Origin: Ferroglobus placidus DSM 10642
Lineage (GTDB): Archaea; Halobacteriota; Archaeoglobi; Archaeoglobales; Archaeoglobaceae
DNA length: 32,000 nt
NCBI RefSeq assembly: GCF_000025505.1
Contig: NC_013849.1
Span: 1,410,001 to 1,442,000 of the forward strand
Direction of reading: 5' to 3'
The notes under the pieces were generated by a model. The model worked only from the letters and a program-made list of their open reading frames with translations, ran no database searches and was not told where the DNA came from. Within the stretch, counting starts at the first letter, position 1. Every line of letters begins with the position of its first letter. The translations under genes and the position numbers were made by a program. This document shows positions 17,325 through 25,246 of this stretch, one piece after another.

Positions 17325-20258
17325 ATGACAGGAAACTGGCGCGCATTTAACGAAATTGAAAACGGTGAAATTACTGACGCTTCTTTTGTAGCGAACATAT
17401 GGAGAGTATACAAAGGCGACGCGGACATCGACGAGAGGTATAAAGATGCCAAGAAGTTTTTCGAGAGGACATTCATTTCAGAGGGATTAGAAAATGTGTT
17501 AAAGACAGCTATTGGAAGAGTTTTCGAAGGTAAAGGTGAACCGGTAATTTTGCTTCGAACAACCTTTGGAGGAGGAAAAACTCACACTCTAATAGCTATA
17601 TATCACGCTCTAAAGAACCCACAAACGATCTCAAAATATATCCAAGTACCTGAAAAACGTTTTTCACCCACGTTTGTTGCGTTTGACGGAAGAGAGTTAG
17701 ATTCTCACCGTTTAAAGGAATATTATGGAGCAAATAACTTGTGGCAATTCCTGATGAATGAAATTGCAAAAAAGAGCGGATTTAAAGAGTTTGAAAAAAT
17801 TTGCAGCGATTATTCGAACCCAAAGGAACCTCCAGGAAGTGAAGTGTTAAGAGAAGCATTTAGAAAACTTGAAGACTACGGTCATCCAGTCGTCTTTTTA
17901 CTCGATGAAGTCCCGGACTACATCAACAAATTGCAGTTAAAAGACGAAACTGAAGCTACAGCAGTTATACACTTTTTGGACTCCCTCGCTAACGCTGTAT
18001 CTCATTGCAAATACTCGCTCTTAGTTTTGGCAATACCCGAAATAAAAATGCTAACACAAATTAACGAAGAGATCGTAAGCAATCTGACTGAAAGAGTTGG
18101 TAGAGTTGCTATACCGAGAAACATCGTCGGGAAAAAAGATGCGGCTCACGTGTTAATACGTGCGTTAATCAAAAAAGTTGAAAGTGAGAGTCACAGAGAG
18201 ATTGACTCGCTCTACGAAGTTTACAAGAACAACACCAGGAGTTTTCCAGCGAGCATCTCTACAGCTGACTACCTCGAAAAGATGAGAGCTTATTATCCGT
18301 TCCATCCCCAATATATAGAAGTCCTGTACGACAAAATCGCCAGCCTTGAAACCTTTCAAAGCACGAGAGACATCTTAAGATTGACTGCTCACGTTTTACA
18401 CGTTCTTTGTAGAAAAGACCAGAGAAGGATGGTCTTTCTTTCCGACATAAACATGGCTGAAAAGAGCATAATAGACGAGTTCCTCGATAGGCACGGTTTT
18501 GCAAATCTTAGGCGAGCGATTGAAGTAGACCTTGAGGTTGTGAAAAAGTTAGATGAGGAGAACGTTAGACGAAATCTTCCAGCTATCTTTGTCCCGTTAT
18601 ACTCTTCTATAGCAGTTTACAGCGTAGCCGGTGAAGCTGCCTCGGTTAAGGATTTAACACTCGCAACAATAAAGCCTGGATTGCATCCAAACTACGTGTT
18701 GGGTGCATTGGAGCAGATGATGGAGTCAGATGTAGCTTACGTTTACAAGCTGACGGTAGACGGTGAAACGAAATACACTATTAAAGAGAGAATAAGTTGG
18801 GTTAGACTTGTTGATATAAAATCAAGAGACGTCAGCAATGAAGATGCGAGACAAGAGTTCGACAGTAGGTTTAATGAAGCTTTGAGAAGGTGGGGACGAA
18901 GTATATTTTCGATAGTCTCGCTTGCGAAATCTCCAAGGGATGTTAAAGATGATGAGATTTTGAAGCTCGTATTCTTGGATCCAAACGTAGTTAGAGACGA
19001 AGAAGAAACTCTGAATTTCTTTGCGATCTATTTTGATCCGGCTAAACAAGAACTCAGGAAGTTCAGGAATTCTGTTGTGTTTGCATTACCGGACCAAAGA
19101 GTATACTCGAAGAGTTTAGAAATTGCAAAGAAAATAATTGCTGCTCTGAGAATCAGGGAAGCTAAAGAAACTTACGGATTATCAGAAGAGGACATTGAGG
19201 AGTTAACAAAGCAGATCAATAAATGGAGGGAAGAACTAAAAGAGCGTGCAGCAGCAATTTACAGCAGAGTGGCGTATCCAATAGGCGGAAAAAATGGCGG
19301 AATCCGATTTGAAATTAAAACTGTAAATCACACTAATCCGGTTGAAGCTGCGGCAAAACTTCTTGAAAGAGAAGAGAAGGTGATAAGAGACATATCTGAA
19401 ACGTATTTGTTCAGGTTAGTTAACGAGTATTATGCAGCGATGGGGGATGTTGAATTAAAAATTAAAGAACTTTCTGAGTTTTTTGCAAGGGATCCAGAAA
19501 AACCGTATTTGCTGAAAGCAGCATCAATAGTTTCCGATAAAATTGCCGAACTTGTCGAAAACGGGAAAGTCGTAGTTTTGAAGGGTGGGAAAGTTTATGC
19601 ATATCAGAGAGTTAAAGTCGAGGAAGACGATGTCGTCATTCCAGGGAAGATTGCTGAGCAAAAAGGATTGTGCGTTGAATACGATGGAAAATTCATACCT
19701 CCGCCACCCTCTGAATTAGCTAAGCCAGTATGGGACGAAAAAAGCAGAAAGTGGGTTGAAGGAGAAGTAACAGTGGAAGAAAAGGCTGAAGTTGAGGAAA
19801 GGGGAGAGGAGGTCGAGGAAAAAGTTGAGATTGAAAAACCTAAGAAATTGAAGTTAGAAAATATAAACCTGCCAGAACTAATTGACGCCATTAAAGGAGA
19901 AAGTGGGACGTTTTTAGGTTTTGAAATCAGTGGAGAAGCAACGAAGGATGTGCAGAATACTATTAACTTCTTGAAGTCTTTGAGTGTTCAGTTGAAGAAG
20001 CTCGAACCAGAATTTTCTATATCCGCTGAAGTTGGAGACGGAGACAACATAGATCTCAGATTGACTGGAGATGTGAAAGTTAGCGGAATTAAAGAGGTCC
20101 TCACAATGCTCGAAAGACTTGGCTGCAGAAACATTAGGTATGAGATCGTAATCAGCGAAGCAAAAGCCGAAGACTTGCTCGAAAGCTTGGATGTAAAATT
20201 GTTAAGAGAGAAGTATCGAAAAGAGAAATTCAGCGTGAGTGCAAGGGTGAAAGAATGA
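17325..20258 (+). CDS. DUF499-family P-loop ATPase (COG1483; BrxC/PglY-related, anti-phage-associated)
   Basis: 977 aa from ATG 17325 (track TTG at 17322). The N-terminal block FVANIWRVYKGDA...YKDAKKFFERTFISEGLENVL...ILLRTTFGGGKTHTLIAIYHAL (Walker A) and LLDEVPDY (Walker B) are characteristic of DUF499. Confidence 0.85.
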   Translation: MTGNWRAFNEIENGEITDASFVANIWRVYKGDADIDERYKDAKKFFERTFISEGLENVLKTAIGRVFEGKGEPVILLRTTFGGGKTHTLIAIYHALKNPQTISKYIQVPEKRFSPTFVAFDGRELDSHRLKEYYGANNLWQFLMNEIAKKSGFKEFEKICSDYSNPKEPPGSEVLREAFRKLEDYGHPVVFLLDEVPDYINKLQLKDETEATAVIHFLDSLANAVSHCKYSLLVLAIPEIKMLTQINEEIVSNLTERVGRVAIPRNIVGKKDAAHVLIRALIKKVESESHREIDSLYEVYKNNTRSFPASISTADYLEKMRAYYPFHPQYIEVLYDKIASLETFQSTRDILRLTAHVLHVLCRKDQRRMVFLSDINMAEKSIIDEFLDRHGFANLRRAIEVDLEVVKKLDEENVRRNLPAIFVPLYSSIAVYSVAGEAASVKDLTLATIKPGLHPNYVLGALEQMMESDVAYVYKLTVDGETKYTIKERISWVRLVDIKSRDVSNEDARQEFDSRFNEALRRWGRSIFSIVSLAKSPRDVKDDEILKLVFLDPNVVRDEEETLNFFAIYFDPAKQELRKFRNSVVFALPDQRVYSKSLEIAKKIIAALRIREAKETYGLSEEDIEELTKQINKWREELKERAAAIYSRVAYPIGGKNGGIRFEIKTVNHTNPVEAAAKLLEREEKVIRDISETYLFRLVNEYYAAMGDVELKIKELSEFFARDPEKPYLLKAASIVSDKIAELVENGKVVVLKGGKVYAYQRVKVEEDDVVIPGKIAEQKGLCVEYDGKFIPPPPSELAKPVWDEKSRKWVEGEVTVEEKAEVEERGEEVEEKVEIEKPKKLKLENINLPELIDAIKGESGTFLGFEISGEATKDVQNTINFLKSLSVQLKKLEPEFSISAEVGDGDNIDLRLTGDVKVSGIKEVLTMLERLGCRNIRYEIVISEAKAEDLLESLDVKLLREKYRKEKFSVSARVKE

Positions 20259-20284
20259 ACATCTACTAAAAATGCTCTATTGTT

Positions 20285-22903
20285 TTATTCGTTTATGAAC
20301 TCGTCGAGCGTTTTGATTCTATCTTTCTTTATTCTTATCCCGTTCGGTCTGATTGACAGCATTAGCAATCCTTGAATGGCCATTTTTTCTTCATCTTCCG
20401 GCTCGCCTTCCGCAAGGATTAGCTCGAGGAATTTCGTTGTAACTTCGTCGAGTTTATATCCATGATCCTCAAGAACTTTAATCGCCTCGTGGGGTCCGTT
20501 CGATAAGTATGCTTTGAGACTCGAAGCAATCGCGTCTACCAACCACTTCCCTTCTCCTTTTATCTCCGTAAGAGGCTTTATCTTGTAAGCTTTCGTGCCG
20601 TCCTTTTTCTTTGAAGCTGACGTGTATTTTTCGATGAATTCTTCGTGATCGTAGTTTAGTCCGTAGGCGAGGTAGCGAAGGGAGTCGTATTCTGGTTCGC
20701 CGTAAACTACCCTCGCCATGAGATACATCGCCGTTGCCTGATCGAGAGGGGCTGAAACAAGCTTTTCGAGAACGAGTTTCGAAACTTCGCTCGAAGCAAA
20801 TTGCAAGATTTCTTCGAGATCAACTTTCCGCCCGTCGTACGTGTAGAGGGGCCAGTGCTTCCCGACAACTTCGAAAGCAGCACCCATCCCCATGAGGATA
20901 GCGTCGGAGTAACTCAGGTTGTAGTTAATCGTCCTTTCCACTTCCTTTTCGATCGCTTTTCTGACTTCAGCTCTCAGATTAGCGTCCCAAATCCCTTCAG
21001 TCTCCTTCTCCTTCGGTTTTAACCCGAGGACGAGCATAGTCTTTACGGCGGCTTTTCCAACTATGTGAATACTCCTCGGCTGTTCACTGGCAAATCCCCA
21101 GACGGCGAAGGGGATAAAGCCAGCGTCTAAGGCGGCGTTGAGCATGACTTTCAATCCTTTGAGGCTCCTGTGAGCATACATGAAGACCGCTATTCCATCT
21201 GGCTTTAGCGAAGCTTTTACAAGTTCCAGAACTTCTTTAAGGCTCGACTCGAACCATTTCTCGTCTCTCTTTCTGGTTTTGTTTACTACTATTTCATCCT
21301 CTTTCGGAGTCAGCTCAGTGGAGAACGCCTCTGGATAAAGGTGTCCTATGCTCCTCTTGTGCCAAACGTAGAAGAAGTCAGCGAGCTCCGAATACTGGAC
21401 GTTCGCGTAATAGGGAGGATCTGTTACAACGTAATCGAACTCTCCGAGTTCGAGATACAAACTTGGATCTTTAGCGTTGCCGAGAACGACTTTGACGTCT
21501 CCTTTCGCATCTTTTAGAAGGTTTACGATCTTTTTGAGGGCTGAAACCACTCCTACATTACTTAGCAATGCCCATTCCAATAAACAGTTTTTAGATAATA
21601 AATCTCCTTCAGCAAAGTCTTGGCCCATTCTATAAGCGTGCCGATTAAAAGTATCTCTAATTGACCCTTTGTTATAGGAATCCCAAGAAGTTAAGACTGA
21701 GTTGTAATCAAGCAGCTTTCCGTGGGCTAAAGCCAGATACGTCACGACAGCCTTTGCGTATTCTTCGTCTTCTCCCTCGTTTAAGATTTTTTCGTAAGCT
21801 TCTCTGATGAGTTTAACGATTGTTGCATGAGTCAAAAGCTGTCGAGCGTTGAAGAGCTTGTAGAACTTGTTTATACTCCTCAAAAGAACTTCTCTCGTTT
21901 TATCACCTTCAGGAATTTCCTCTGTGGGGATTAAATCTTTTTCAACGAATTCCTGCCACCTTTCTCTCAAGACCTCCCCAGCTCTCTTAGTAGCTTCAAC
22001 CATTTCGTCTGTTGGCTCCACGAATCTTCCATCGGAAAGTTTGACAGCTGCTAATATTGCAGGATGGTGTCCGTACATTTCTTCCTTCTCCCACCTGTCC
22101 ATTTCCATCCTGTATTGAGCAGACATCTCTTTGGAGGTTAACGTGTGCCCGTCAGGACAGTTCAAACTCTTAACCCCAGTTCCGACTTTATCACCCTCTC
22201 CTTTCACAACCCTAACAACTGGTCTCTCTCCGTCATAATCAAGTTTCAAAGCATACTTGTTCTCTTTAGACAAGATGGGGTGAGAAATTGCTGGAACGAG
22301 TTTTCCGCAGCGACATCTGTAAACCCTGATCCAGATGTAGTTTGCTGGTTCACCTTCTGGGTGCCTCGGGTAGTATTCTGCGAGCTCTTCTCTAACTCTT
22401 TCCAGCAACCACCTGCCCCACTTTTCGACATCTTTAACGAGCTTTTCTCTATACTTTAGGGGGTATTCGAGCGTTGCTTTTAGCAAAATGTAAGCTATCG
22501 GGTTGTATTCGACAGCCACGACCTCCTTAAATCCGAGTCTAAGAGCCTCGAAGGGAATTGATCCACCTCCGGCGAAAACGTCAAGTAGTCTCGCACTCTT
22601 AACGTCCGCATGCTCAAAAACCCAGTCTAAGTTTGGAGAGTAATTGTAAGCTGGTCTGTCGGGGCGTTTGTTTCTGTAAAGTAGGGAGACTGCCTGTTTA
22701 AACTCTTGAAGGAACTTTTTGTCCGGCTCTTTCTCAACTTTAACGGTTGAAGCAGCTATTGTAACTCTCGAGCCTATTAGGGGGCGGCGAGCCCACCAGA
22801 GGTGAAGGTAAAACATTGGTGGGGAAATAACTGCCCGTTCTCTAATCGATTCTTCAGAAGTCTCGAACGTCGGGAAGTAGTATTTGATAAGCCTTTCTGA
22901 CAT
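20285..22903 (-). CDS. DUF1156-family DNA methyltransferase with internal Zn-ribbon (COG1743)
   Basis: 872 aa. DUF1156 hallmark HLWWARRPL, SAM motif I LLDVFAGGGSIPFEA, Cys-ribbon YRCRCGK...LNCPDGH, catalytic motif IV VVTDPPYYANVQY. Confidence 0.9.
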   Translation of the reverse strand: MSERLIKYYFPTFETSEESIRERAVISPPMFYLHLWWARRPLIGSRVTIAASTVKVEKEPDKKFLQEFKQAVSLLYRNKRPDRPAYNYSPNLDWVFEHADVKSARLLDVFAGGGSIPFEALRLGFKEVVAVEYNPIAYILLKATLEYPLKYREKLVKDVEKWGRWLLERVREELAEYYPRHPEGEPANYIWIRVYRCRCGKLVPAISHPILSKENKYALKLDYDGERPVVRVVKGEGDKVGTGVKSLNCPDGHTLTSKEMSAQYRMEMDRWEKEEMYGHHPAILAAVKLSDGRFVEPTDEMVEATKRAGEVLRERWQEFVEKDLIPTEEIPEGDKTREVLLRSINKFYKLFNARQLLTHATIVKLIREAYEKILNEGEDEEYAKAVVTYLALAHGKLLDYNSVLTSWDSYNKGSIRDTFNRHAYRMGQDFAEGDLLSKNCLLEWALLSNVGVVSALKKIVNLLKDAKGDVKVVLGNAKDPSLYLELGEFDYVVTDPPYYANVQYSELADFFYVWHKRSIGHLYPEAFSTELTPKEDEIVVNKTRKRDEKWFESSLKEVLELVKASLKPDGIAVFMYAHRSLKGLKVMLNAALDAGFIPFAVWGFASEQPRSIHIVGKAAVKTMLVLGLKPKEKETEGIWDANLRAEVRKAIEKEVERTINYNLSYSDAILMGMGAAFEVVGKHWPLYTYDGRKVDLEEILQFASSEVSKLVLEKLVSAPLDQATAMYLMARVVYGEPEYDSLRYLAYGLNYDHEEFIEKYTSASKKKDGTKAYKIKPLTEIKGEGKWLVDAIASSLKAYLSNGPHEAIKVLEDHGYKLDEVTTKFLELILAEGEPEDEEKMAIQGLLMLSIRPNGIRIKKDRIKTLDEFINE

Positions 22904-22930
22904 ATTCGAATTCCACCCCCGAAAAACGAC

Positions 22931-24073
22931 TTAAAGACTCTTTAAAAAGCTTATGAGGTCGACACTCTTTAACTGCTTGACTTTCGTGAGTATTTTCAGC
23001 TTGCTACTATTTGCAACGAGCCTTTTGTTTGATACGTATTTCAGCACGTCTTCTTCCAGCGCAATTCTCACCCTTTCAGTTTCTATACCAATCTGCTCGT
23101 AGTTGAATAGCTTTTGAGCAGCCATTCTTTTCTTCTTGGATTGGGAAGTTAAAGTTTTGAGAGGGACTGCCGTATCTTCCGGATAAATTTCCTCAACTTC
23201 CTTTAACCCAACTTTCTGATAAGCGTAATCGTCTTTGTTGAACAGCCTTAAGTCGCTAATTTTTTCCTCTACTCCGTAATCCCTCGTCCCAAGGTGATTG
23301 TCTGCGATTGCATCGAGACCCAAACCGAAAGACAGAACATCTTGAGCTAAGATCTCACTGCTCTTTTTGCTCGGCTTTCCGATGTTAACGTTTACGCTGT
23401 AAATAAAAGCGTCAACGTCTTTTTGGTGGAGCAGGTTCTGTATCTGAGATATCTGCTGGTAATGAGTAAAGGGTGTTCGTCCAGCAAAATCCAAGCAAAA
23501 AGCTTTGATACCATGCTCAAAATACAGATCAAGGAGTTCGGAAATTTTGACTGGCGGCAGAGTTATAGGAATCAAACCCATTATCGGTTTTCTCTGCTTG
23601 GACCCCTCAGCTTTTTCAAGAAAACTCTCTACTATCGAGAAATACCTCTCAATGTCCTTTACGGTTGCGACTTTGTGAACTCTCTCGACAGTAGGAGGAA
23701 CGTAAAAATCGAAGACGCTCTCGGTATCTCTGATGAAATCCAATTCGGAATCGGTAACTTCAAACGTTTTTAACGCGGGAACGAAAATAATCGGTGTGCT
23801 TTTAGAAGGGACATTGTGTAAAGCTCTCTTGATGTCCTTATTCAGTCTGTCTCTGCTTTCAACCTTTCCCGACACGAGTTCGATTAGTTTCTCCTTAGTG
23901 AATGTCTTGTAAACTTCTCCAACGTATTCCTCCCAGTTCAGCTTAATATCTGACTTAAAGTATCTGAGGTTAATAGCTTTGATCGGAGTTTTGAAGCTTT
24001 TACCTCTGATTTTAACCTTCTTGTGAGAATAGAACGTCTTCTCGTCTTCTCTTACAACTTCAATTTTTAACAT
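22931..24073 (-). CDS. Hypothetical 380-aa protein, first gene of the operon with the DUF1156 methylase
   Basis: A long ORF with protein-like composition, ending 27 nt upstream of the methylase start on the same strand. It shows regular alternation of hydrophobic beta-like and amphipathic helix-like segments (PIIFVPAL / VFDFYVPP / PIMGLIPITL / IKAFCLDFAG / AFIYSVNVN / LDAIADNH). No family recognised. Confidence 0.75.
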   Translation of the reverse strand: MLKIEVVREDEKTFYSHKKVKIRGKSFKTPIKAINLRYFKSDIKLNWEEYVGEVYKTFTKEKLIELVSGKVESRDRLNKDIKRALHNVPSKSTPIIFVPALKTFEVTDSELDFIRDTESVFDFYVPPTVERVHKVATVKDIERYFSIVESFLEKAEGSKQRKPIMGLIPITLPPVKISELLDLYFEHGIKAFCLDFAGRTPFTHYQQISQIQNLLHQKDVDAFIYSVNVNIGKPSKKSSEILAQDVLSFGLGLDAIADNHLGTRDYGVEEKISDLRLFNKDDYAYQKVGLKEVEEIYPEDTAVPLKTLTSQSKKKRMAAQKLFNYEQIGIETERVRIALEEDVLKYVSNKRLVANSSKLKILTKVKQLKSVDLISFLKSL

Positions 24074-24112
24074 CGAAATGTTTTATAACGACAACCCTTA
24101 AAACTTTTCCTA

Positions 24113-24706
24113 ATGGCTATTGAAGCGGATCATTTGAAACATCTGAGCCCAATACAAGCTCTTATTCTATTGCTGCTTGACAGCGAAAACGCTCAACCAG
24201 TTAAAGGAAGAACTTGGCTTCAGAAGGAGATGTTCCTAATATTAAGCAATGCTGGCAAAGAAATTGAAGAAGAGGCACAGTTCGAACCTCACCACTTTGG
24301 ACCCTACAGCGAGGTCGTGGAGTCAGAATTAGCGAATCTAAAATTACTTGGACTTGTGGACGAAAATAAAGAGATACGGATAACTAAGGCTGGTAAAAAG
24401 ATTGCAGCAGAACTGAGAAAATACGTCAGCCCGAAATTTCTTGAGTTCATATCCCAAGTGAAAAGAGAACTAAATGATCTTACCGAAGACGAGTTGCTCG
24501 CCTATATATACTTTACTTTCCCCGAAATGACGAGCGAATCGAAAGCCTTAGAGAGAATTTTAAAGAAGAGGAAGTGGCTTGCTTTATCGCTCTATCGAAA
24601 AGGAAAAGTCAGCTTATCTAAAGCATCACAAATCGCTGGCGTAAGTGTTAGCGAGTTCTCTAAATTTTTAAGAAGTAAAAATATTGGGGTCTCTCTGGGG
24701 TGGTAA
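24113..24706 (+). CDS. Composite antitoxin: N-terminal Panacea/DUF4065-like plus winged-helix region fused to a C-terminal UPF0175 (COG2886) antitoxin domain
   Basis: 197 aa. N-terminal part: WLQKEMFLIL...FEPHHFGPYSEVVESEL (LQK..F / F.p..yGPy pattern of the SocA/Panacea domain) and LKLLGLVDENKEIRITKAGKKI (wing). C-terminal part: ALSLYRKGKVSLSKASQIAGVSVSEFSKFLRSKNIGVSL, a typical UPF0175 domain. Confidence 0.65.
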   Translation: MAIEADHLKHLSPIQALILLLLDSENAQPVKGRTWLQKEMFLILSNAGKEIEEEAQFEPHHFGPYSEVVESELANLKLLGLVDENKEIRITKAGKKIAAELRKYVSPKFLEFISQVKRELNDLTEDELLAYIYFTFPEMTSESKALERILKKRKWLALSLYRKGKVSLSKASQIAGVSVSEFSKFLRSKNIGVSLGW

Positions 24707-25199
24707 CATCCCGGAGAGCTTAATTTTGGATACAAGCGTGCTTATTGCGTTTTATTCAGAGCTGGCTCGTCCGGAATTGCTGTTATCTCTCCACGATCAT
24801 GGTTTTCGCTTGTATGTCCCTAAAGCCGTGTATGAGGAATTTATGGATGACGTAAACTTCAAACATTTAGAGACTCACGTAAAAAACGGATATTATACGA
24901 TACTCGGGAATATTCCCGAAAACGATGTTTACAGACTTAAACTGAAGTTCCCAAGTCTTGGAGATGGCGAAATTGAAGTTATCTGGTGGGGGCTAAAGTT
25001 TGAGAACTGTTTTTGCGTGTTGGACGATAAAAAAGCTAACAAGAGCGCAAAAAGCATGGGCTTGAAAGTAACTGGAACAATAGGTATTTTGCGGATTTTG
25101 GCTGAAATGGGGGTTATAAGTGAGAGTGAAAAGCGAAAATTGTGTGTAGAATTAATTGAGCGCGGATTTCGATTTCCGAAAGAGAAGTGTTTCGAGTAG
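24684..25199 (+). CDS. PIN-domain toxin, DUF3368/COG2405 type
   Basis: LILDTSVLIAF, YEEF, GDGEIEVIWWG, CVLDDKKANKSAKSMGLKVTGTIGILRIL match the COG2405 PIN family that partners UPF0175. The start is ambiguous: TTG 24684 (23-nt overlap with the antitoxin) or TTG 24726. Confidence 0.8.
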   Translation: MGSLWGGNIPESLILDTSVLIAFYSELARPELLLSLHDHGFRLYVPKAVYEEFMDDVNFKHLETHVKNGYYTILGNIPENDVYRLKLKFPSLGDGEIEVIWWGLKFENCFCVLDDKKANKSAKSMGLKVTGTIGILRILAEMGVISESEKRKLCVELIERGFRFPKEKCFE

Positions 25200-25210
25200 T
25201 AATTTATTTA

Positions 25211-25246
25211 TCGATCAGATTTTGATTAATACATAATGCTGATCGA
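25211..25246 (+). promoter_or_regulatory. 8-bp inverted repeat TCGATCAG / CTGATCGA bracketing the start of the nuclease gene, just downstream of a TATA box
   Basis: Arms at 25211-25218 and 25239-25246. The TATA-like TTTATTTA at 25203-25210 lies about 27 nt upstream of ATG 25236. Confidence 0.3.

Noticed and set aside
16966-17325. Track ORFs 16966..17148 (-), 16998..17246 (-) and 17140..17325 (+) in the left island spacer
   Set aside because: They are mutually overlapping, have atypical compositions, lack promoter/RBS context and carry no recognisable motif. They are treated as non-coding or remnant DNA (see the finding on the spacer).
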